64,000 bases of DNA from Geosiphon pyriformis uo1 (lineage: Eukaryota > Fungi > Glomeromycota): the NCBI GenBank assembly GCA_016748015.1, contig JAAOMT010000710.1, forward strand, positions 62,001 through 126,000, in the 5' to 3' direction. The position numbers and the translations under genes are program-made. Within the stretch, counting starts at the first letter, position 1. Each line of letters starts with the position of its first letter. Of the stretch, positions 1 to 11,224 are shown piece after piece. The notes beneath the pieces are model-generated. The model did no database searches. It worked only from the letters and a program-made list of their open reading frames with translations, and was not told the DNA's origin.

Positions 1-1993
1 AAGCCCAAAAGTTTTTAATAACAGATTAGTTAATAAGCTAATCTTTTCTTTTATAGTTTTTACATCAGATGCTGTTAGTACTTTTTTTCTGAAAAAAATG
101 ATCAAAAAAACCAAAAATTCAGAAAAGTAAGGACAATTGTTTACTTTTGCTATTGTTATATTGAACTTTTTTGTGATTTTTAATAAGATCTTAAATAAAA
201 TTTTTGTTGTTTTATTCAGTATATTGTCTAAAATAGGCCAAGATCAACCATTGACTATATTACCAAATGTAATGTTATTCAATAAATTTTTGTTAGTTAT
301 AGAAGCAAAACAACTATTTCTTGTAGAGTTATCTGTTCTTAAAAGCTGGACTAATCAAATAAAAACTAAATCATTTTCTCTGCTGGTTTCTAATACTGTT
401 GTTAATGGTGCTTAAGAAACTATTATTAATTGTTAAAGATTTGCTGAATAAGTGGCCTTCAATTTGGTGTTTGATGCTATTTTTAAAATTAAATTGGCTC
501 ATGTTAAGACTGTTTTTCAGTTTATATATGGTTTTTTAAATACAAAATCAATATTAAAGAACAATATAAAGCTTTTTTGTATGAAATTTGTTTATTAAAA
601 GTCTTTAAAAGCTGTCTTTTTGGTTGAATTTACAAGCTTTGTTTATTTAGCCACTCTTAAAATTGTCAAGTCTTTAGTAATTTCTGAGTTTGGTTCCTTT
701 TTTGTTGCTGTTATACTGTATGATATACTTTTAAGTATATTTGTTGTTAACATTAAAACAGCTTTTAGTGTGTTTGATAAAATTACTTGGATTGTACAAA
801 AGCCTGCTGGTATTTGGTAATATGTGGTAATTTATTTTGAAAAACTGAACTCTGTTATATCTGCTTTAAATCATTGATTGGTTTTGGTAGGTAAAGATAG
901 TATTAAGATTCTTTTTTTGGTAAATTAAAATAAGACTATTCTGTTTCATAATAAATTTAAAGCCAAATTGGTTAATTTTTTTTTAATTGTATTATATTTA
1001 AAATCAGTAATATGATCTCTTAAGTTGGTAGTCAAATGTGTTTCATTCTTTATTTTTCTGATTCTGGTTATTATTTCTGGTTTGTTTTGGTTATATTTAA
1101 ATTTCAGATTAATTTGAATGCTGCTATTGTTAAGATTAATACACTAAAAAAGTATTATATTTGGTAGAAAACTCTTGATTGTTAATACTGTTTTAGGTGT
1201 CAAGAAATAAGCTATCTGGTTATAGACTATAAGGTTTTTTTACTTTTTTCTTCTAAGACTTTTAAGATATTTGCTCTATGTTTTGTAAATATAAAGTTTT
1301 ATGTTAAGGTGGCTGTTCCTTTAAGCTTTTTTGAGTTCTTTCTATTGGTAACTTCTGCTTTTTTTTCTAAGGTTGAAGATAATCTTTTAATTTTGTCTTG
1401 GTTGGTGTTTTTGGAATCTGATTTGGCCAAGTTGTTTACTTTAGTTAGATTTATTATTAATCTTGTTGACATATTGGTAACTATTTTTAAACAATTTGTT
1501 AAAAGTAATTTTGTGATAAACAGCAAGCTTAAAAACAAAAATAAATAAGCTTATAGTGTATTTGAATGCTTTTAGCAAATCTGTTAATAAGTTGGAAAAA
1601 AAAGTAGTGGCTTTAAAAACAAAGTGTAACATAAAAGATATTAATATGTTTAGTAATTATGGAATTTTAATTGAAGTAAATAAAAAAATGTTTGGCAAGT
1701 TAATAGTACTTTGAAAATTTGAATCTCTTAAAGTTAAGTCTTGTTTCATAAAAACAGCCAAATAACTTATTGAATTGGTTCCTAGTAGTCTTACTTTGTT
1801 TAATATTGTTCAAAAAATGTCTATTTTAAACAAATTTTCTTGTAAGATAACAGTATAGTATAGTCCAAACTGGCTTGAATAACTGATTATATGTAGAAAG
1901 TATATAAACTATACTTAGTTTAGAATACTTAGTTTTTTCTAAAGTACTAGATAATAGTTGGATTATATTTATTAAACTTTAATAATAATAAAA
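1..1993 (+). mobile_element. Decayed ORF1-only (HAL1-like) non-autonomous LINE derivative, 5' end outside window
   Basis: Broken ORF1-like frames (KPAGIW, LVGKDS, degenerate CxxC-x4-H knuckle near 1190-1230) resemble ORF1 of the LINE at 2638. The segment 1861-1993 aligns by eye with that LINE's 3' UTR (9405-9530) and ends in an A-rich tail. No ORF2 lies between. Confidence 0.65.
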
Positions 1994-2249
1994 ATTAATA
2001 TAATTAGACACAAATTGATTAATTATATTTTTTGAGAACTATTTTTAAATAATAATTGCAGATTTGAAATATTAAATTATTTAAATAAGATATATAAAAA
2101 TCTTAAAACATAACAAAACTATTATTATTAAATTATATATATTAATATTAAATTTTTATTAATGTTTTTTAGTTTGTTAAAATTTTTTATATTTAATTTA
2201 AATAAAAATACAAAACTTTTTATTTTGTTGATTTTTTACTCATAATAAA

Positions 2250-2637
2250 ACCACTAAAATTTAAAAAAATTTAGTTATATTTATTTATTTATTTTTCTAT
2301 TTTTTTTACTTACTTTAACTATTTCTTTTAATATAAATCTGTTTATAATTATAAAACAGACTAATATGTTAATTGGTTTTGCAAATACTAATAAAATTAA
2401 AGTAATAAATCGTTTTAACACAAAAAACTGTAACTTACATATTTATATACTTAAAAACTTTATTTAAAAGTTGAAAAAATTAATTGCTAATTCTAATTTT
2501 GTGAATTTTTTAGCTAAGTTTTTAGTTATTAATATGCTAAAAACTAATAATACTCTTAAAAATCACTTTTGAGACAATAAAGTTAAGAATAAAAAAATAA
2601 CATTAATAATTAGTCTAATATAAATAACTTAAAAATA
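2250..2637 (+). mobile_element. Old LINE ORF1 remnant, segment 1 (host of the younger LINE)
   Basis: AT-eroded similarity to the start of ORF1 of the 2638-9530 LINE; continues colinearly at 9531. Left boundary approximate. Confidence 0.5.
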
Positions 2638-2769
2638 ATCTTTAATTTTAAATCTTTTTTTTGTTGATCCCCCAGTTACAACGAAAGCGAGATATTGTTG
2701 AAGAAAAAGTTTCCCTTATTTCTTATTCTTTTTGTATTTTAACTATTTCTTTAGACATATCTTTGTTTG

Positions 2770-4729
2770 TAAATATAGAACTGGCAAATCTTGTTGCTGG
2801 TGGCTTTAGATCTACTTTTGCTGAGTTGGAGAACCAGCCTGATATGAAAAAAAAAAGGTAAATAGTGTATACTTATGCAGTACATCTTACAAGAAACTGA
2901 GGAATCCTAAAGTCAAAGTCGGTGTGATTGACTCATTTGCTGGACCATTGGGTCTGACTAATATTGGTGTTGTTGATAGTAAGTTTTTGAAATCTTGGGG
3001 CAGTGAAATGGAAAGCAAAGCAAGTAGTGTGGACAGCCTATCAGACTTGAAGAACATGAAAAATATTGTTGCTGAAGAAACTAGTTATGCTAACTTGGAT
3101 AATTTTGTGGTCAATAACATAGAGGATGATGTCATGCCCAGAAAAACATGTACTTGCACATATGTGTTAGGTCAACCTTCGAAAACTCTTTTATTTGATG
3201 TTTTGAGTGGTGATAAGGATATGGTGGCTCTTTTGTCTCTTAAGTTTAAAGATTCTAATCAGCTGCTGAATATTAAGTCATGTGTTTCGGAAAAAAAAAA
3301 CTTTGAGCCAGTAAAATTTTTTGCACTAGATATTGAGCTTTTGGCTATTTCAGAAAAATCTGTTAGTGACAAATTGATTTCAATAAAAAAAATTTTTTAT
3401 CGAGTTGATGGTTTTGGGGGAGGCTCTGCTTCTTCAAAATTTCCAGAGATCATTAGGTCTTTATTTACTTTGGAATTAAGCTTAAATAAGACTAAAGAAA
3501 TGGCAATATGTGAAAAAATTCTTGTTAATGATAATCTTAGGAAGGCAAACAGCCAATCGGATTGGGAAGTAATCATCAAGGAAATTTCAGTGAATCTTCC
3601 CAAATTGGCAATTGAATTAGTGTTTTATAAATTTGGTTAGATGATTTTGATTAGGATGCAATTGATTGGGCTTTGGCAAAAGACTATAATAGTATTTGAA
3701 TCATCATATGTGGCTAGATCAGTTGCTTCCAAATAATCAGTTCTCATAAGTAAAGATTCTGTTTGTGTTATATTGGTTATGGATAACAAAGAATTGTGAG
3801 TAATTAGGAATTGTCATTAGGTATTATTGTACACTTTGCCAATAGGCATGACTGCTCATGATTTATCAAATTTGTTGAACTCTTATGATAAAAAAACTTG
3901 CTTTATTGGCTATAATTCTAGTTCATATGTTTGTAATAGATGTATAGTGGTCTGTTTTGATAATGAGGCATTCAAATTGGTTGCTATTGGTTCTGTTCCA
4001 GTTTATAAAGGCATAAATTTGCACTGGGCTGGTTTTTTTTTGGCTTGCTGTGCTAAGTGTAAACAACTTGGTCATATTTCTGATGTGTGTTCAATTAGTG
4101 AGAATTTTGGAATTTGTCATAAGCAGGTGGTGTCTTCTCAAAATCAGGTCTATTTAGCTAATATTTATAGAAAAAAGCAGGCTCTGGTTGTTCATCCAGT
4201 GTCTTTTGGTGGAAAAACTTGGGCTCAGATTGTGGGTAGCTCTTCTTTTTATGTAGTCTTGTTAGTTCTTTCTGGTGCTGGTTCGCTTTTAAGTACAAAA
4301 TCTTTGGTGTTGACTTCTAACCCTCTTAATAATTCTGGTTTGGCCAACTATATGACTTCTTTGGAGTGCTCTATAGAGTTTTTGTCAGACCAAGTTTCTG
4401 AGATTCTGAGGAAATTGAGCTTTGTAGATTTGGTGTCAGTGTTATCTCCATCTTATGTTCTCCCTCTTGTTGTTGCTGTTCTCTTAGACTCAGCTTTGGT
4501 TTTAGATATGGCTGTGAATAGTATGGTAGTGCCCTCTTCTCCTTCCCTTTTGGTAATTGATAATGCTATCTTTAACTTAAGTTTGAGCAGCTCAAAGGTT
4601 CTTACTACCAAGGTGGGTGGTTTGGAATCAAAGATGATGGCTTTGGAAATTTCAGTCAGTTTGGTTTTGACAAGATTAGACTTTTTGTGTTCTAGTTTGG
4701 GTTTGTCAACTTTTTCTCCATTTCAATGA
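2770..4729 (+). pseudogene. LINE ORF1 (RRM-like regions + CCHC knuckle)
   Basis: ORF fragments 2924-3640 and 3827-4729; knuckle CAKCKQLGHISDVC; internal stops. Start approximate. Confidence 0.85.
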
Positions 4730-7700
4730 TTGATTTTGTTTGGAAAATTGCTATATGCAATGTCAAAGGAATGAACAATCCAGCTAAACAAGATAATATT
4801 GTGCATTGGCATAAAGACATAAACAATCTGGTTTCAATTTTTACAGAAACAAAGCTAAAAGAAAAGTCTCACCCATGGATTGCTAACAAATTTAGTGATG
4901 TCTAAGTGTTTATCTCAGGTTTGAACTCTGGATACTTGGGTTCGGGTGTTGCTATAATTATGGACAATTTTTTGACAAGGCATGTGAGTAAGATTTCTGA
5001 GGTAGCTGGTCATCTTATTTTTATCAAGTTGTTCTTTAAAAATAGACTTTCTGTTTTGATTCTGGGGCTCTATGCTGGCACTTTTTCTGCAGTTCATTTC
5101 TTCCAAGCTGATGTTATTAACTCTTTTATTGCCAAAACTACTAATAAGTCCACTTTTGTTGTCCTTGGCAGTAACTTCAATGAAAATGGTTTTTACAAAT
5201 GTGTGAGTTTTAAAAAGTGTTTTGGTTTGGGTCTGGTTAATTTTTTAGCTGGTAGCTCAGTAGCCAAAATGCCTACATAAGAAAATTCTAGAGGTGTTGT
5301 TAAAACAATTGACTATGTTTTTGTTTTTTCAAATTTAATCAATGTAATTCTGTGCTGTAATGTTCTGGGTGTTAGCAAGCACTTTAATACTGATTATTGT
5401 GCTGTTTCTGTGTCCGTAAGTTTGAGTGGACTTTTAGATATGCAGTTGAACTCTTTTTGCAAACAGACAAACAGAAATCACTGGAAATTTAACATTAAAA
5501 ATGCTAATGAGATTACATGGAGTGAGTTTAAGGATACTATGATGGCCAATGCTGCTATGTTCTCTAATGAATTTGCCACATCTAAGAAGTGTTCGGATCT
5601 GGATGCTATGTGAGACATTGTTCGCAAAGTAGTGTCTCTTTTGGCTAATGGGGTTTTCAAAAAAAAATGGTTTAAAGGCTATGATAAGGTGTTTACTAAT
5701 GAGTTGTCCAGATTTTACAAACTAGAAGTTCTGGTTTCAAGATTGGCTAAGGCTTTTTATAACATGGTGTCTAACAGGTTTTTTTCCTTTTTGAAACATT
5801 GGAACTCTTTGGATCCTGATAAGGCATCTGTCATTCAGGTTCTTGTTGGCTCTAGTGCAGACTCTGATTGTATATGTTCTGCTTTCTTTGGTGTGAGAAA
5901 ATCTTATCATACATCTAAACTGGCTGAGTTTTTATGTGCTGAGGAGTCAGGCATCAGATCTGCTATTGAAAAATGAATGAAAAGTTTTACAGTCAACAAA
6001 AACCACACAATCCATAATGTTTTAGAATGTCTTTTTTGGAAAGTGGTGCTAGACTACCTGGTTTCTAATGGTAGTTTAATTGTGGACCCAGTTGATGTTA
6101 AAAAATAATGTTGACAAGATTATGAAAGATTGGACAAGAAAGAGGGTAGTGCCATATAACATTTTTGATTTGTGGCAATGTTAATACCTGCCATTAGATT
6201 ATGCCAACAATAATGCTTTTTCTGAAGTAATAGACATTATTAGCTATGAAAATTTGGTATGTGTGGTCAAAGATTTGTCAGATGGCAAAGCTGCTGGTTT
6301 GTCTGGTATTACAAATAAACTTTGGAAATATTGTGATGGTTTCATGCTTGGTATACTGTTAGATCTCTTAAATATCTGTTTGGTCCGTGAATCTGTACCC
6401 CAATGCTAGAAAGAGGCTTGAGTGTCTATAATTCCTAAGCCTTATGAGTGAAAAAATGTTCTGATCAATACTAGACTAATTGCTTTAATTAAGACTGCTC
6501 GTAAAGTTCTCTCTAAGCTACTTTCTGATAGAATTTTGTCAGCATGTAATGTGTTTAATGTTCTTCATGACAATTTTTCTATGCTTAAGGGCACTATTAC
6601 CCAGTCTCCTATTTTTGCCATTGGTTCAGTTGTTGAAAATGCTTTAAAAAAAAATCGTGAGCTTTAACTTGTCTTACAGGATATGTGGAAGGCCTATAAC
6701 TCTGTGAGTTGGCCCCATTTGCAAAATAGTTTGGTTTAGATTAAGATGTGTGATCATTTCATCAGATTCTTTGGGAGTATTCACAATAATTGTGTCAATT
6801 ATGTTATGACTAATTTTGGCCTAACTGATAAATACTGAATACATAATAGTCTTGACCAGGATGAGGTGTTTTTTCTCTTACTGTGAAGAATCTTCTACAA
6901 TCTTCTTTTATGTGAAGTTAAGAGACAAGAGAGTTTGTGTGGATACTGTATTGACTCCAAGTTTGTTGCTAAAACTGGCAGATTGGAGACCCATGGTGGT
7001 TTGACCTTATTTTTGGCAGCTGGTGCTTTTGTTGATGACACAATTTGGGTAAGAAGTAGCCAGGCTGTTACTCAGTACATTCTGGACATTGCAAGTGAAT
7101 TTTTCAGTATAAACAATATCTCCATTAATAATAAAAAGACTGTGGCTATTCTTATTAACAGAAAGATAGAGAAAGTGTTATTGTCAATAAGTGGTCTGCC
7201 AATTTTGATTGCTCATAAAGAAGAGTCTTATAGGTATCTTGGGATCTATTTGTCATTTGAGAATTTGTCCAAACCCAGTTTGGCAAAAGCTCATTCAGAT
7301 GTTAGGTTCTTTGTTAATTTGATTTTGAGGAAGACCATTTTAGACAAACAGTTTCTTTATCTGGTTTCAGCTGTGTTGCAACCTATTGTCAGTTATAAAT
7401 CTCAGTTTAGTTTTCTTTCTAAAAGTGTGTATATTAAGTGAGACACATTAATTAGGAAAGGTTTAAGGCTTAAGGCTGGACTACCAAAGAATTTTCCTAA
7501 TGAGGCTTTTCATCATCCATCCTTGTATGGTTTGAAGTCTTTTAAACAGTTGCAGGCTGAGTGCAAAATAGTTTTTGTGCTGAGTTTCTCAAATGCTGGT
7601 GGGATTCTGGATCACTTGTTTATTTATAAGTCTCTTGATTTACAGGTTCTGAGTTGGTTACCTGTTCACTCTTTATGTCACCCAGTTAGGTTACATATTA

Positions 7701-9395
7701 ATCTGGTCAACAATTATCTGGCTGGTGTTGTAAGAATTTTTTTGAATTGTGATGTGTCTCTTGGAAACTTTTTTCATATAGCATTCCGTTTTTTTGGTGG
7801 GACACCAATGTTTTTAGTTCTGGAGGATTATTTGTTTTATGAAGTTTTACACTCACTCAAGAAATTTGGAGTCACTTTTGTTAAACAGCTGTATATCAAG
7901 AAGGGTTTGGAAAAGCTTCTGCCATTAAAAAAAGCTCAACCCAAGGGGTCCAATTCCTTATTAGTTCAATTTGGCATGTGATTTTCTGGCCTGCTCCTCT
8001 CCTTATAATAATCTCCCTGTTGCTGAACTCCAGTCACCAGATATTAGTAGTTTGAAGGATGTTCTTCAGCTGAAGCAATGTTTTTTCACTTCTAATTTAA
8101 ATGTTATTGAGGTTTACACAGATGGATTTTTGAAAAATTTTGGTATGCGGGAGATGAGATGTAGTGCAGCTGCTTACTTCTTGGATGTGGATCTGGGTAT
8201 TGGCATTAAGGTTGGTGGGTTGGTTTCTTCTACTTTGGTGGAATTGCAGATGATTGCTTTAGCTTTGGAATGTGTTCCTTCTCACAGTTGTATTGTGGTT
8301 TATTCAGACAGTCAGACTGCCTTAGATGCTTGTGTTGTTGAATCAGTTTTGGTTTCTTCGGACTTCCATAATTATTGTTGGATGAAATGGTGTGGTGTTG
8401 TGAATCTGATTAAGAATAAAAGGCTTAGTGTTTCTTGGCATAAGGTTAAAGGACATTCAAGTGTCATGGGTAACAACCATGCTGACAAGTTGGCTAATTC
8501 AGCTGCAGGTTCAAGTTTGGTGCTTTCTGTTTTGATTAAGGAAATATTCATAGAGGCTGGTGGAGTGGTGGTGTCTGGTAATGTTTAGTATTTTGCTTGG
8601 AGTATTTTTAAGACTGTAAATTGTGCTGGTTGGGAGGTTGGATCTAGTTCTGCTGTTATTGACAGTGGTTTAATTGGTGATGTGGATTGGGTTCGTTTTG
8701 CTTTGGTCTGGCATCCTTACTTACATATAATGGCTGGGTTTACCAACAAGTCTACCACTAGTCTGTGCTTATATTTTTTGAAAGCTCTGTACTACTGCCT
8801 GCCAGTTGTTGTGTAAAAGCACTTGTATGATAAAAATTATTCAAGTGTTTTTTGTCTTCATTGTGGAGAGGTGAAGAGCTCTGATCACTCTTTTGTGTGT
8901 GTATTTGACTCTAATGTTCATAAGGATCTGCTTGCTTCTTATTTAGCTAAGTGGTATGCTATGTCTGGTTTGGGCCTTCCTTTGTCTCGGATCTTACAGA
9001 TGCTTTCTTTGTGCATTTCTGATAATGTGCTATACACTGCTTTGAGCAAAGACTTTTTATTCAGGGATTGGTATCTGGAGGCTGTAGCTGTTTTGGATGA
9101 TGCTAAGTCTGCAGGAAAAGTTATTATTGACTTTGTTTGAGATTTTGGTGCTGCTCACTATGTTGAGATATAGATGATTAAGGCCAAATATAGAGTCTTT
9201 ATGGAAAAAAGTGGTTTAATTCATTGTAATAATTCTGTTTTTTTTGTGACCCATGGTCTTTTGTCTTTGCTTTTGGCTAGAGTAGTTAGGTTGCTTGGAA
9301 TTGCTGAGACAATAAGTATCTGTTTTGGTTTTTATAAACCCTGCTATTTTTTTTCTGATTTTGATAGTGTGGTGTCCATTATGATAGATTCATAG
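4726..9395 (+). pseudogene. LINE ORF2: AP endonuclease, reverse transcriptase, RNase H, C-terminal CCHC
   Basis: APE motifs CNVKG, ETKL, GSNFNE, IDYV; RT motifs QDMWKAYNSV, AFVDD; RNase H motifs VYTDG, YSDSQ, WHKVKGHS, GNNHADKLA; CLHCGEVKSSDHSFVC. ATG overlaps the ORF1 stop (ATGA, 4726-4729). Confidence 0.92.
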
Positions 9396-9530
9396 TGTTG
9401 CTTTGATTGGTCCAAATGGCTGGTTATGTGTAAAAAATGCATAATTTGTGCCTAGTTTAAATCGCTTAGTTTGATGTATTACACTAGGTAATATTTGGGC
9501 CTCACTTATTAAATGTTAATAAAAAAAAAA

Positions 9531-10079
9531 TTAAAAATACTATAATAGAAAAAATCAGTTTTATAGACTTTAATAGCTCCAATAATAACAAAAACATAAA
9601 TAAAATAACACTTAAAAATACTTATGTTTGTTTTTACAATTTGGACAAACTTCTTAAAATTTTGGTTTTTGGTAACTTTAATAATAAAAAAACAAGTTTT
9701 TCTGTTCTTTTGGTTTTTTTTTAATTAGTTTTATTTTCTAATTTTTTATATATATTAAGAAAAAAAGTGTTTCAATCCAATTAAATTTTACACATTAAAT
9801 ATTAATTTTATAGCTGTATTTAACAAAAATTTAAATGAAAAAGTTATATTTGTCAAAAAATTATTTTATAATATAAATAGTTTTAAAAAATCATTAACTT
9901 TCTTAAAATTCTAAAGCATTATTAAAGTATTGATTATGTTTAAAGCTAGTTTTAAAGCTGTCAAGCAGCTAACTATAGAAAAAAAATTTTGGTTAATACT
10001 AATCTTAAAAAAATCAATATTTAATTACATTAAAAAATTATTATTAAGAAAATTCTGGTAAATTTGCCTAAATTGATAT
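9531..10079 (+). mobile_element. Old LINE ORF1 remnant, segment 2
   Basis: Eroded match to ORF1 (KKLFY...ILVNLPKL); resumes at 30200 after element A. Confidence 0.65.
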
Positions 10080-11162
10080 TGTTACCCAAGTAAAAAAACC
10101 GATCCAAAGTTATGAAAAAACATAACCAAAACGTGACATAATACAGAATAATACGCAATAACGTTGAATAATGCATTATAACATAAGATAATGTGTTATA
10201 ATACAGGATAACACAGAATAGCACACAATAACATAGGATAACGTGTTATAATGCAGGATAACACAAAATAACATGTAATAATGTCAGATAACGTATTATA
10301 ACATAGAATAACTAGCAATAACATAGAAAAACAAAGCAATAACAGAAACAACAAAGCAATAGTTAGCAATAACAAGACAATTGAAAGCAATTCTGTAAAA
10401 CCAAAAGAATATATAAAAGCAAGTAGTTGTAGAAGTGAGAAAAAACAGACAGATAAATACGAACCTTTAGACAAGAATTAAATATCCATATCCCTTCATC
10501 CTTTATTATCTTCCCTATTTCATCTCCTGAAATAAACCAATTATTAAAAGAAATCAGAATCACAAATTCATGTTCTCAAACTTTGTAGAATTTACATAAA
10601 TTAACCCTTGTCTCATATCTCTATTCTAGGACAGATGCTCTTAGCATAACCGCCTTGAACCTATTAATGATTTGGACTAATTGCTCTTGATTACAGTGAT
10701 TGACGATACTAATTTATCTTTTTTCTCTTTCTTTTTCTTTTCTTTTTTCTTTTTCTTTCTTTTTCTGTCTATTTTGGTGGAGTGGCAACATAGTAAAATC
10801 AACTGTCTGAGAATAGATTTCGTGATAGCCTGGTAAAAGAGGGAAGCTCTCCCTAAGTTTTGGATATTAACATTATCTTGTTAGCTTACTAGAAGGGTGA
10901 AAAGACAACGCCAGACCCTAATGACTGTGCTCATTAGCTCAGAGAAGAAAACTCACATTTACGAAAAACGTTGCAATCAACAAAAGACAAACTCTGTGCC
11001 TTATAACCAAAAAACTCAATGGGTAAATTCACATCCAAGAATAGACCTTCAGAGACTGATAATCAAGACTAAAGCCAACAGAATTACACGGAAAATGCAT
11101 CATCAATAATTGAAAGCACCAAACGTTACCATTTCCCATACCCATTAAGTTTACCCATAACA
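10080..11162 (+). repeat. Element A 5' LTR (1083 bp)
   Basis: Direct repeat of 29118-30199; U3 tandem array about 10130-10330; TATA-like TATATAAAAG about 10410. Confidence 0.95.
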
Positions 11163-11181
11163 TTTAGTGCTCCCTGTGAGA
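11163..11181 (+). promoter_or_regulatory. Primer binding site of A (TT-T[G>A]GTGCTCCCTGTGAG)
   Basis: Directly follows the LTR; same motif in D and E; resembles the complement of the 3' end of elongator Met or Ile(UAU) tRNA (identity unverified). Confidence 0.8.
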
Positions 11182-11224
11182 TTATAAATCCACAGAGACA
11201 GAGCACCCCCAAAAATACATAAAA

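Larger units (their letters stand above)
2638..9530 (+). mobile_element. Full-length non-LTR retrotransposon (LINE; ORF1 + APE-RT-RNase H-CCHC ORF2), decayed
   Basis: Two-ORF layout, poly(A) at 9521-9530, candidate TSD TTAAAAATA at 2629-2637 and 9531-9539. Confidence 0.92.

Noticed and set aside
10130-10345. CRISPR-like array
   Set aside because: Degenerate tandem repeats without unique spacers, inside LTRs, with no cas genes.
10030-10563. Hydrophobic minus-strand ORFs in LTR A (also 29011-29512) and LTR C (35938-36195, 42796-43041)
   Set aside because: By-products of A-rich tandem repeats read antisense; not shared between families.
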